Source of the DNA: Laetmonice hystrix
Taxonomy: Eukaryota
Direction: 5' to 3'
DNA length: 64,000 nt
Assembly (NCBI GenBank): GCA_965235115.1
Contig: OZ249436.1
Span: 45,138,001 to 45,202,000, forward strand
The translations under genes were made by a program, and so were the position numbers. The stretch's first letter is position 1, and every line of letters begins with the position of its first letter. This document shows, in pieces, positions 1-20,800 of this stretch. The notes beneath the pieces are model-generated. The model was not told the origin of the DNA. It searched no databases and saw only the letters and a list, made by a program, of their open reading frames with translations.

Positions 1-174
1 ATGAAGTTTTTTTTATCACCATTTTGTTAACATTTATCATCACAGATTAGAGCAACCTATTTGTGAGTGAGATACTGAGTGGTGCTATTAAAATATCTTC
101 TAAATCAAAAGAGAAAGTAAAACTATGAAAAAGAAGTAACAGCTAAAAATATAAAAAATAACCTTTATTTTTAA

Positions 175-7629
<7,455 letters not shown>

Positions 7630-10600
7630 CGGACCTGTGAGAGAGCATGTGACGTCCACAGCGGCTCAACGGGGTCCAGACACCACCTGGTGTCACCTCA
7701 GCACAACACACTAGTGTGTCCAAGAGAGAAAGCCAGTTATGGCCTTGAATATATATAAAATTCTATACCAGAAAGACTGTGTCAATTCTGGGTATGTCGA
7801 TCAAAGACACTGTTCATGTGGATAAGTTATTGTAAATAGTATTCAACCTCTAACAGAGAATTGTATTGAGCAGAGAGTGAGATGTACTGTCAGTCATGGC
7901 AGCGTTCGTGTTAATATCAGATCCTAACCAGTCGTAAACTGGTGCTCTAGTTCACTGGGCCATCTGTAACTTCGAGTAAGCTGGTCTTCATGCAGTTTCT
8001 AAAATAAAGATTAATGCTTACATTAAAGGCTGTTAATTCTTGTTTCAGTCGCCTTTCACGTTATAGCCATGTACTGATAGATCAATTTTTTTCAGCTATT
8101 TTTTTTTTACATTCTTTATTTCCCTTTACAATTGATTGTGCTGAACCCAACCATCTGGTTAGCAAAGCCACTACCTTTGTTCTGTGTTGAAATTCTCTCA
8201 TTTGAAATTATGCCCAGGTTGAGCAGGCAAATCAAACGGAAGCCACGTTTTCCGTAGCTCTCTTCGGGTAGTTCTCTTCAATATCAAAATGGTGTCGTGA
8301 AAAAGGGTGGACCAATGTCAAATGAGGAGAAGTGTTATCTAGTTTCTATAAGTGATCGTGTAGATTTACTTGTTTGGAGAGGTGTGCAGTAAATGTTTGG
8401 TTTTCAGACTTGTGTTGAACACCAGCGTTTCTCTTGAAGCTCTGAAAGTGTTACTACTAGTCTATTCCTAGTGACCGGGTTTGAAAGTTTGGGCTTATCA
8501 GCAAGAAATTAAAATTGAATGATGGTCAGCAGAAACTGAAAGATGCTAATATTGAAAAATACCGTTTGCTATAAAAGGAATTTAATCAGATTTGGCGATG
8601 TATACTCTTACTCTGCTGATATACTGACGGGGTCAAGGTCAAGGTCAAGGCCTACCAATGAATGATGTCTAAAACCAAACCTGACACACTGTCCACACAG
8701 ACTGATATAAACAGAGTTTTCCTCAACTTCTGTAAAAATATTGTTGTTCACTGGGCCGGTGAGATCGAACTTCAAACCCTTGAAGACATATTTATTATGT
8801 TCAGAGATTATTGAGATGGCATCTGTGTTTCAATCAGTTGTTCGTGTTGAAATATGACCAAGAATGAAACGTGAATATCCACCTTGGTTGCCATGGTGAC
8901 GGTTGCCATGGTGTTAACCCGGGAAGAAGTGTGTGAAGTTTGTATTGGCTCTAGGTGAACGGGAATGCATCATTGTAATATGTATACTTACCCGAATGGA
9001 GTGTAGTACATTTACAGTTAGATCTCCATCATAAAGATAGGATTGGTACATGCTTGATCAGTCATGACGGATTTAATTGCAGCCATCATTTTTGTAGGAT
9101 AAATTCTGTTGAGTTCAATAAATAGGTAACTTGAGTACTCTCTGAATATGAATATGCAGGTGGACAATATGACCCTGTAATATGCAAGCCACTGGGGAAA
9201 CAAATGTATAGACGTCTGGCTACTGTATTATAGCATGTCGACTTTTGTCAAACATCCTACAGTAACCAGTGTGTGAGTACTGTGTGCAGGGGGCTGGAAA
9301 GTTTTGTGTTTCCCTCAGGAACTCTTCATGTTACAGGACACAAGACGGAAAGGGCATGGCAGGCTAAAGGTGCAGTCTTTGAAAGGGAGTTAAATAAAGC
9401 GATTTAAAAAAGGAAATTTTTGGAAACAATTAAAATGAATTTTAGACACATGAATCGAAATGTTTAGTTTGTGTTAATCATTGCTTCGAGTCCTACCAAC
9501 TTGACAACTTCGATGAAACAATCCTCAGGTTTTCACAAAACTTCACTGGCAGGAGAGTAGACTTATATAGACAACCAGTTAAAGAAAATACTAGTGGTAC
9601 TTGTATGGAATGTGTACATAGAAGCAAGCGAATGTCTAGTTTGATGTGGGAATTATTCCGGAGAAATGGAAGGAATGTAGTGGCGATACGTGGAATATTC
9701 TAAACCTTTATTTATTGCATAATGAAGTGGTGATTAAGTTATTAATTTGAAAAAAAAACAACTTGATCTTTAAGGTTATATGAATAGTCAATCTGTGAAT
9801 TGATATGAAATCCTCGTAGTTTTTCTGAAAGAAAGGACCCCCGGTACGCGTGTGTAAGAAACATCCTGTATTTAATTTAAGTTAAAACAAAAATTATATT
9901 TTAAAGGGAATGACGCCCAAAGTGATGTAATTTATCAATAACTATATGTACCGGGTGTGCTATTTCAGCCAAGCATAAAAGACATGGTAAGATATAAACA
10001 TATAGACGAATTCTTCACTTTGATTATACATGTATTATACTGCATCAAAATGATAATTACAGTGCATGTTACCAGTTGGTATACCTGCACAACATCTATT
10101 ATGGATTCAAATATAATAATTACCATTACATGTAAATATGTTGAGTAAAGTTCCTTTCATAGAATTTATTTTGATTTAACGGACCAGTCCTTGCCTTGTG
10201 ATACTTTGTACATGCCACGTTTTGTCAGTTTAAACAATGCTGAAATATGCCGGTTTATAACAATATAAGGCCGGTACACCTGAAGGTCAGAACGCTCATG
10301 TATTGACAGTCAGTTTTAGGAGGTACTGCCGTAGTTAGTGGTGTCCTCACTTACCAGTGTGACTTGTGGTTTCGAGGTACATTTAAACCATTACAGATAG
10401 GTACTCCATCAAACCGTTAAAAAAAGTTTTTAAACTTTACCTTTATGCTTCTGATTGGCTGGGCTGCTACAGTCGGCCAATCGGGAGGCGTCAGCTTAAA
10501 TCTGAAGTTTTCACGAACCTCTGGAGAACACACCCGAGTTCTCTCACTTTGCCCTGTCTGTTGGTGAAGAAGTTAGTCATCAAAGTCTACCATAGCGTAG

Positions 10601-11818
10601 TGCCACTGGTACCTTGAGTAGCGAGTTCGAGTAGATGCCAAGATTTACACAAAACTCATTCTTACGAGTCCAGGCAAAAGGAACACAAGGTTCCTTGGTA
10701 CAGTAAACCAGGGGCGCATTTAACAAACTGCTTGTATCGTTAACACCAATGTAATTTCAATGGGGATTTTAACGCATGACAGGATAGTGATGGTTGTGAA
10801 ACGGACCCCAGAAAGTAAACATAAAGATAGTAGCATGAAAACAAATCAGCCGTTTCCAGGAACATTATAATGTTGTCCGAGGTCAAATCATATACATGTA
10901 TCACCATGTACATGATGTTGTATATAACAGTTAGTTTGTTACTGACAATTGAATAGACCAATCATCTCGATTGTTAATTGAGTATAAAGTTGATTAGTCA
11001 TTGGTCCAGATAATTACAGCTGGTACAGCCTGGGTGTGGTGCAGTGGCCCGAGTGGTAGGCTAACTCCAGAACACGACCCAGTCCAACAGCTAGTCACAA
11101 CTCGCAGTATCATTCCACTACCTGACGACGTGCAACTTATCAACTGTAAATATGCAATTTTCTTAAAGAAAATAAAACATTTTTACACTTCAACAAAAGT
11201 TGGTTGAGATCAGTCTTTGTCCATGTTGTCGGTGGTGTAACCAAAGACCTATGAATCATAGATCTTTGGTGTAACGTATTGTAATTTGTACACTTTACGC
11301 GGGCTTCTTTTACAGACGGTGAGTTTGAACCAGATTTTTTTAAAGGCGATTTTTGCCACAAATCAAATGCAATCATGATTCGCAGTACATGTAATAAACT
11401 TTCCTAAGCTATCATCCTGACAAATTCCCAGACTTTTCAGATTTTTTCAGGACAACGTTTAAAGATCCTTCCCATTTTTGATAATATCCCTGGACTTTGG
11501 CAGGTCTGGAGGCACCAACATCAGATTTCTGGACTTTTCATGGGACAGGAGGCACCAATATCAAATTCCTGCCCCCCCCCCCCCCCTCCTTAGGCAAAGG
11601 ACTTGAAACGGGCCCCAGGACTTCCTGGGCCAGGAGACGCCAACATCAAACTCCTGGATTTTCCCGGCCCTGTGGGAACCACGCAACCTGCAGGCAGTAG
11701 GGGTTCAGGAGGGGGGGGGGGGGGTCCCAGACTGTTCAATCAGTTCCCTTAAACCCAAATTTTACAGCAACTGTTGGTCCTGTGACGATAACCTACATGT
11801 ACGACAATTTCAAAGTTA

Positions 11819-11990
11819 CAGTAAACATCGGATGCAACAGACACCGTGGGACCACAAAATTTTGTTCGTTATATCCGCAGGTCCGTTATAACCGAGGGAA
11901 ATTCACATTGGTTTCGTACAGATTTTCACATTTTGTACCAGACAAACGTGTCCGTTATATCTGCCTGTCCGTTATATCCGATGTTTACTA
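11819..11990. mobile_element. Tc1/mariner-pogo-like MITE (172 bp)
   Basis: TA|cagtaaacatcggatgcaac ... gttatatccgatgtttacta|TA, with internal gtccgttata repeats. Confidence 0.75.
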
Positions 11991-12113
11991 TACTTCCTAA
12001 CAAAGGGAGATATGTGATCGTTTTAAAATGATGTTGGGTACAAAACACAAGACTTTATATTTTCTTTAATTTTTTTTTATTTGTTGTACTATGACTGCCA
12101 TTTGAACACTGTT

Positions 12114-14000
12114 TTAGAAGAAGAAGCCCAGAATTTTTCCTCCTAAGTGTTTTCTCCTGGCCTCTTCATGGTCCATTATGCCGCCTGATGTTGTGAGAAC
12201 CAAGAATCTGAAACACGGAAGCATCCAAAACTTTAGTAAAACGTTTCTTTATCAACACATACAGTTAGGCAGTCGTTCCCAACCCCCAGCCTTTCACCCA
12301 CACAGGGTGCTGAGAAATGTTCCTAGTGTCCAGAGTTTTCACCAGCCTTTTTAAGCATGGCAGAAGACATAATTATTTCAATCTCAACTACAGCACAACT
12401 CCATAAACTATGAAACACCTAAGTTCTTCATACACCTACCCAAACTGACGTGATGGCAGCAAGTTGTTTGTCCACTTCTCCAGATCGCGCAGTGCAACAT
12501 CAAACCTGGGACTAATTACGCCACACTGAAACGGTTATACCTTCTCATTTAGTCATGTGTACTTGGAGCAAACACGTGATCAAGAAACAAGACAAAAATT
12601 TGATCATCATATTTGAGGGTTTAAATACAACTTAACATGCATTTCGAATTGCTCGATTAGCATGGATTACATGCTGGATGCATCGATTCTATACTGCAAG
12701 TCTGGAAGTACTTCATAGATGTACCACCAAATGGTAGTTATAGATGAAAGGTATGTTTTATATTGGGGTTTATATGTGCTGTGCTATTAACATGAATATA
12801 TATACATTATACATTATATACATAACAGGTCATTGCTACCTAGTTTTGAGATGTGTGTACTACACGGTTCCCAGACTGTAAATCAGCCACCTAGAATTCG
12901 ATATATATGTCTGTTGACTTTAGCACATATTTATCAAATTCCTGGACTTTTCCCCGCCCAGGAGGCCCAATATATAAAGTCCAGACTTTTCCCGGACCCG
13001 TAGGAACCATGGTACTACGCGTTTTTTGAGATACAGTCATCCATGATATGATAGGCGAGGGTGGCAAATTTTTTAGTCGCATCTTAGTTGCACACAGAAT
13101 TTTTACTCGTGTCAGGCGAGTTGGCAACTGCTAAACGAAAACACTGATTTGGGGGCAGGGGCGGATCTAGGGTCTATATTCAGGTGGGGTCCTAGGGGGG
13201 GATCCGCCACGGGGGGGGGGGGGGGGGGGGGGGTATTGATAACACAGGGGGTCTTGTGTTGGTGTAAGTGAAAGCTCACCTTGTTTAGTCTGCCTGTGAG
13301 GTTGACAACAATCTTGCCGGCCCTGTGATCATCAATAATCTCAAACTCGCCGATGTAGCCTGAACAATAAATAATATAAAGTGATAATTACATCATGTTG
13401 TCAGGCAGAAACAGAAGCAATAACAGAACACTAAAAAGGAAAATTCAGGAATTATTGTGACAACAGTATTTGAAAAAAAAACCCCAGCACTGGCCAGTGG
13501 TCTAAAAACATTTACCAAGTTTTTTCTGGCCGTCAATTCTTTTTTAAACAGCCAGGCTCATATTGAGGTGGTTTAACTGGTGGAGCAAACCAAGTTTGTC
13601 AGGCGAACAAAAAACAGCGCCAAATAATATTTTACGGATCAACAATAGCTGAGTAACATTAGGCTTATTCTTGTCATGTATTTAAAATGTTCATAAATGA
13701 TCTATGGTCTATGCTTCAGTTCGGGTTACACAAAAACACTTTTTTGTTTGTTTTCTTTTTTTATAGAGGTCATGCTAGCTCTTTCCTTATGCCATGGACT
13801 TACAAAACTGGGGTTAGGCCAATCTTTAATTTAACGTTGTGAGGTTGGTGGATGTAAAAATGCTTACCATGCTTCATCATGACGGTGAGGAAACGCACGA
13901 TCACCTTGGAGCATGGTCTGATCAACACCTGGCGCTTGCCACGCTTCTCTGCATTGCAGATCGATTTGAGAGCATCAGCCAATACGTTCATGCGCACCAT
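12114..14000 (-). CDS. RPS15A: 40S ribosomal protein S15a (uS8), 130 aa. Coding exons 14000-13868, 13359-13280, 12525-12440, 12207-12114; non-coding exon about 14725-14696
   Basis: 393-nt spliced [35 protein letters not shown]...[37 protein letters not shown]...[25 protein letters not shown] on the minus strand near 12076-12081. Confidence 0.98.
12864..13010. mobile_element. hAT-like MITE in an RPS15A intron; related 3' end near 11655-11682
   Basis: Ends acggttcc ... ggaaccat; flanks tgtactac and ggtactac (7 of 8 match, TSD-like). Confidence 0.45.
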
Positions 14001-14695
14001 CTTGGTGGCTTCGTGCTGCAAACAGACAAATATATTCATGACGTGAGGTGGTTTCAGCCAACGATAAGATGAAATCAGGTAATTATAAATAATTTAATTC
14101 AAGGGCAGAAATAGGTTTATCCTGTTTGCCCATTCCAAATTTACTGTAATAAAACATATTATTCCACCAGTTTTTTCTTACAAACCGTACATCACGATGA
14201 TCCCCTCAATATTAGGTTTTTAGCTGTGTGTAGATCTACAGAATTTATAGCCTGACAAGTGACATCAGCGTTTCCACGGCGCCAAAACTGGCAAAACCAG
14301 GCCAAGGCCGATCGAAGTTCGTGCAACTTATATGACCATTTTGTCAACAGAGAAGTTATAGCCAAAACAACGTCTCAAAAAGTTATTATGACACATACAA
14401 TTAAGGACAACCTCCAAACTCCCTGCCCTGTATGAAAATAAACCTTTTAAAACCCGGCACGGAATCAGATAACATGCGTTCACTCCAGGCGATTCAGATC
14501 CGTGGGCTCCCTGTCATGGAGTACACGGGTCATTCAAGTTGGTAATACATGAAAACTACTTCACATATTTACACAAAACCTTCAAAACTGACACATCCAA
14601 TAGTTTCTCTTCATAATGTGGTGTCAAAAAGACCGCTATACCTCTATTCGAATAGATGATCGTTGATTTATTTTGTAAGTGTAATGTTCCCATAC

Positions 14696-14889
14696 CTGTC
14701 CAATATGGCAGCTTGGTGGAAAGAGGAAGTAGTTTAGGTTATGGGAAAGAAGAGTTCTACATCCGGTTAGAAACATGGCGAACGAGTGCTCGCCCTCGTA
14801 GGCTCGTCGAGTACGGCTGCCGATAGAACGGAGGAGTGGCATTAATTCAGTCTAATTTGGGATCTATAGAATAAAAGACAACATGCCAG
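14696..14889. promoter_or_regulatory. Compact bidirectional promoter shared by RPS15A (TCT/5'TOP initiator) and the HEAT-repeat gene
   Basis: Minus strand reads CTTCCTCTTTCC (14729-14718), then a short exon and donor cag|gtatg at 14696. YY1-like aaacatggcg at 14771-14780. Plus-strand ATG CCA G|gtgag at 14883-14889. Confidence 0.75.
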
Positions 14890-17800
14890 GTGAGATACTT
14901 TGTAATTGTAATAGTGATCACCTTATTTCTTTCTTTGGCGCGGTTGTCTCGAGGCCTCAACTCGGGCATAGCAACTCGCTTTGCCGCGGTTGTTTACATT
15001 CGCGACCGCTAGCTGGACTGCTGGCCAGAGAGTCTGAACCGGTCCGACCCCAAGCCTTTCTTTGCTGATATGTTACGTCTCAGTTGTATATGGATACATC
15101 TTCAGTAATTGCAACCCGCATCAAGAATGAGTCTAGGTTCGTGACTTTAATGTCTACTATGTTATTTAATAATTAGGAGTGACATTAAACTGTTAAACTG
15201 TTATAACTGATCAGATTCAGACCTCATCGTGTTAATTTAAGCTTTGAGTTTTGTGTGTTTTTTTAGTAAAAACTTCCAAGATGTCAAAGTGGTCCATGAG
15301 TGATCGGCCTGCTGCTATTGGTAGTGGCAAGCCACTTAATTACAAAGTCAAAGTTCAACACAGATCAGACATTCTCATGGATGAACAGGTATGTATGCAA
15401 GACAGGCAGTTTGAGAGAAAGTAGACTTTGCAATTTGTCTAACAAATATAAATTAAACAAGAAAAAACAAATTTATACTGAAGAATTCTGCCATTAAAAA
15501 CATTTAATAAAGTTTTAACGAACCAATGCCAGTGGCAGCAATTAAAGGCACACATTCAGTCATTAAAGGGACACCTTTTAATGCAGATCCAGACAGTGAA
15601 AAACATCCAAGACGCCCTTGAACGTGCATTGTCCCAGCTTGAGCAGTCACGGTCAGAAGATGAGTTTAAGTTCCATTGTCGACAAGTAAATGATCTGAAA
15701 CAGAAGAATGATGAGATCATGTTAGTGCTGAAGGTACATGCACCACAAGAGACTGTGGATTTCTGTTTAAAAATGGCCTTTTTCTAAATTTTTGCAGTTT
15801 GATATTTTTAAACCAGTATCTGAGTGATGAAAAGGCCGAGCAGGATGTAATTTTCCACTTCCATTTTACAGTAAAAGAAATGGTTAAATGTTTTTATTCT
15901 CAGATTTTATGCCATTAATTCCCATCTGAAATCTATCATATGCATTCTCCTTTATCATGTTTTTAGGTTGTTCATAAGATCAACACTGAATTGTCTCATG
16001 CCCGCCTTGAGCTTCAAAAGACATTGAAAACAAATGGTGATGTTAACTTGGCTCGGAAACGTGTTGGATGGCTCGAGGATCGCATGGAAAAATTGTTGGG
16101 ACGAAAAAGACAAAAGGTAAATGCTACATTTTCACATCATGAATGGAAAGACTTCCGCAGGTTAACTATACATTTCATTCATAATTAATTTACTAAAGGA
16201 AGGTCTGGTCAATGTAATGTTATGTAGGTAGGCTGTTATTGATTACTTTGAAGAATATTAAAATTTAGTTAATAGATATGTAAGGTATATAAATGAAAGT
16301 GGATAAATAATTTGTGGAATAATCTAAAATTGACAGAGATTGGATACAGGAGAGGTAAGGAGAGATCTAATGAAATACTCCTCAATTATTTCTATAATAC
16401 CCCTTCTTTATTCCCAGAAGGTTACCCCCATTAATACATTAGGAATACCTGCTCTGTATTCATCCTTGCTGGACGAAACCTAATTGTTTGAGGTTCACTT
16501 TATTGACGTACATTTATTGGGAATTTGACATGATGATAAGGTTTCCTCCATTTTGTTTAATCCAAGGACTAAAAACATACATCTGTCTGATATTTTCAAC
16601 CTTTAAAATGTACTCGTGAAAAGTCAAACCTTTGTTGTGCATTATTCTTTGTTTTGAATTATTTTGATAGGGCCCGCATGAATTTGATTCAGTGTGAACT
16701 GCCCCAGTGCACCAGTCCCTAACTTACAATCAAGCTTCCCCAGACCAACATCTTTGAATGAATGTCTCACATTTTACCCATGTTCCTTGGAGGGCCAATG
16801 CAACACTGATTTGATGACCATTTAGTTCATCCACCAAAGAGCTAGTGTTAATGTTACATGAACTCTTCTATTTGCTGTCCCCGTGACAGAGCCCCACCCG
16901 TGCCAACATCAGGTCTGCTCTCATGTTGGACGATCCCAGACTTGTGATGTACAGTCTAGACAGCCAGGGCAGTGCTCCACCCCTTGGTGTGCAACACGGC
17001 GAGGGATTTTACACTGACACTAGTGTTGATGAAACTCCACGCATGATTCCTTATGGACAAGGCATGGCACAACACCACAGGTCAGAGTCAGCTGAGTTTT
17101 CAAAAGAAAGTAGTAGAAAAACAACACATAGGTCAATGTAACTATCTTCTGTCATCATCTCAGATGAATTTAATCGATTTGGGTGCAGTGCCCAATGATG
17201 TACAGTAGAACCTCACAAATACGACCACCTCAGGGACTGGCCGAAAGTGGTCGTAATTCTGAGATGGTCGTAATTCTGAAATTTGACCTGGATTAGGAAG
17301 GATTTTGGGTATAGGGGGGGCCTATCATTTAACCTGGATTAGGGATGCTCATAGGTATATCAGCATGATATCAGTAAAGGATGCCATAGACAAAGATTCA
17401 TGGGCCTACATTTACATACATGTATAGTCCTCCTCTATCCTTTTATAGTGTTTATTTGCATGAAGAGAAAGACGAACTTGAAACACTCTAAAACTTGGGA
17501 ATAACTGAAAACTATGACAAGACTGAGTTGGATGAACAGGAACAAGTGTGTGGGATACAAAAATCAGTCTCGGTTTATAGTGACTCAAGTAAGGTCTAGG
17601 TGGACTGAAACACCTCGGCCCATTAATCCAAGTCGCACCTCCCATTGTGTTCATAAAGTCTCTACAAACACTGCTGTTATTTAGGGTCAAGGTGGGCAGA
17701 AGCCGGGTCTGTTAATCCAAGTCGCACCTCCCATTGTCTTACAACTACATAAACACTGCCAGCCACTCCATCTGGTCACTGACTGGTCGTTATTGTGAGG

Positions 17801-20800
17801 TTGAATCCAATTTGGGACTGAAATAAGCGGTCGTAAAAGTGAATTCCGAGGTGGTCGTATTTCTGAAACTTAAATGCATTGAAAATATAGGGATAATTTT
17901 GGGACTGCTCAAAAGTGGTCGTATTTTTGAGGTGGTCTTATTTCTGAGGTGGTCGTTAGGTGAGGTTCTACTGTATTTACAAATTCCCACCTGTTTTCTT
18001 TCCATTATAGGTAATTATAGACATATACATGCATATCTAGAAAAAGAAAAGAGATGGGAAAAAAATGTAAGCACTGAGAAACAAGCCATAAGTTGGACCA
18101 CCTCCACCTCCCAGTTTTGATTTATTTTAAGCAGTCGCCCAGGCTGTGACTCCAGTGAGATGAATGTCGAGTTTAGTGAATACCTGGACACTCCAGTACA
18201 GATGGACCTGCAGGAGAGTAGGGAGAGTTGGCTGAATACTGGACCAGGTAAGTCGAGGTCACACCATTCAGGTCAGGCCATGGAGGTGCAGTCTACGACG
18301 TTGTTTTATAGTTTTCAGATGTAAACCTTTGTTATTAGACGTGTACTGTGTCTCTCTATGTGGCCAACATGTTGGTATGTTTTGTTTCCATTGGAATCAG
18401 AGACACAGAGGGAGACGTCCCCACCTTCAAAGTCAGTGAGCCCTAATGGGGAGGCTCCCTTGACTACCTACATGCAAAGACAGGAGGAGGAGGAGGTGGA
18501 GGAGGAGGAGGAGGAGGAGGAGGGGGAGGAGGAGGAGGAGGAGGAGGAAGTTAGTCAACATCTTGACCTTCAGGTGGCGTTTGAAGATGATAATGAGACA
18601 GAAGAAACAGAAATAATTCGAAAGACAAGCATAGCTTCCAGCTCTAGGTAGGTGGCGCTTTATGAAAAAGCTTCAGATTCTATAAATTAAAGTCATTTTG
18701 TTGGTTTTTGCCACGTTATCATGTGTATTGATGCAGGAAGAATAACTATTTCATTTTGATGGAGAAAAGTACTATCAATACATGTATGTCTAAAAAAGAA
18801 ATATTTTCATATTAGTTATAGGATTACCACAGTTTTAATCGTAGTTTATTATCTTTGACGTTGAAATCACATTGTGAGTGAGTTTTATAGCCATGATTTG
18901 TCTTTCATACTTGGGCCATGAGCAGCTCCCAAGCCAGCAGTCGGGAGGGCAGTGGATTAGCTGATGAGACAGAGAAAGATGGTGCCAAGTCTCCAGCAGT
19001 TCTTGTTAACAAAACGACATCCAAGGAAAAGCTCATCAGAGGGTCTCGGGTCACCCTCAAAAGTCCAACTCAGTGTGAGAAAGCTTTCATGAAAGAGAAC
19101 ATCAACTTTTTGTCACTAGAAGAATATATTACATATTATTTTCCTACTGAACAAATATTCCTAGTCATCACTTTTGATGATTTCAGTTGAGGAGGCAGCG
19201 AGCGACAGCCATGAGTTTCCAGTTGACTACTGGGACTCCGAACATCATCGATTTGAACACTCGGAATATGCCCCCATGCTTTGCCAGCTTAATCCTCTCT
19301 CTTACCACCAGGTGGGGCTAGCAGTCCCAGGGACTTTTGTTGGAGAAGGTAAAATTTGGAATATTCATAAACTTGTCCAAAATACAGAACTGACATAAAT
19401 GTAATCACTGCTAACTGTGGTACTGGTATGCATTTATTGAACTAGAATTCTTATATCTGAACACTCAATCCTGCTCTTGATATATAAAAATATTGATAGC
19501 GATTACCAAATAAAGTTGTAAATTAAGAACCTGTGAGATCTGTCAAATAATAGCTGTTGATGTGTTGCGCTGAAGCATACCAAAACATCTGTATTAAAAA
19601 ACAGTCAAATCATCAAATTAGTAATAAACATTTAGCATTTCAGCTTTAAACCTTATAGTTTTTAATTGTATGCCAAATCCAACAGTGCAGAAAGTTTTGA
19701 CATTGATACATAAGTAACAATTCTATTCTCAGTTGAAGGCGAACCTTTCCTGCCATGGCGACCCAAGAGGAAAGGGAGTGACATCACTGATATACACGTG
19801 AGTTTGCCCGAACAATTTTTGTTGCTCAACTTTATATCCTTAACCTGTCCAAACAAGTTTATTACAAGTATATCTAGAGTAGATTTGTCTTCCACTGTTG
19901 TATATTGTCTTATCTTTGTCTGATACTTGGGTATAATTAGTTGAGTAAGCCTTATTTCTATCTTTTAGAAATTGGAATTGGATCGTTTAGAGCGACGTGT
20001 CCATCATATGTATGAGAAGGTTCATGGTGCAGCCATGATGTCTGTCAACAACCAGTCCTCTGAGGGTATTGGGACGTCGCTTCTCAGACATTGGAACTGT
20101 AAGTTGCATTTTTGTTATCTTGTTTTGCTGCTTTGCCTTCCCCTTCTGAAATACTGATATATTAGTACCAAGTGGAAAAAATATATATAATTTAGAAATG
20201 TCAGTTCATTCAGGATGAAGCAGGTGATTTTGCAGAAGATGTTAAATGTATGGAGAGTGTGAAACCCAAACCGTTGTATTGTTGGTATTTACAGTGGGAC
20301 TTACCTTGTATTGTTGGTATTTACAGTGGGACTTACCTTGTATTGTTCATATTTACAGTGGGACTTACCTTGTATTGTTGGTATTTACAGTGGGACTTAC
20401 CTTGTATTGTTGGTATTTACAGTGGCACTTACCTTGTATTGTTCATATTTACAGTGGGACTTACCTTGTATTGTTGGTATTTACAGTGGCACTTACCTTG
20501 TATTGTTCATATTTACAGTGGGACTTACCTTGTATTGTTGGTATTTACAGTGGCACTTACCTTTTATTGTTGGTATTTACAGTGGGACTTACCTGTATTG
20601 TTGGTATTTACAGTGGCACTTACCTTGTATTGTTGGTATTTACAGTGGGACTTACCTTGTATTGTTCATATTTACAGTGGGACTTACCTTGTATTGTTGG
20701 TATTTACAGTGGGACTTACCTGTATTGTTGGTATTTACAGTGGGACTTACCTTGTATTGTTGGTATTTACAGTGGCACTTACCTTGTATTGTTGGTATTT

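Noticed and set aside
12208..14695. Intronic snoRNAs in RPS15A (minus-strand ATGATGA near 12610, hairpin near 12710-12755, ACATTT near 13685)
   Set aside because: No matching CTGA with terminal stem, nor a complete hairpin-H-hairpin-ACA layout, by eye; an Infernal/Rfam scan would decide.
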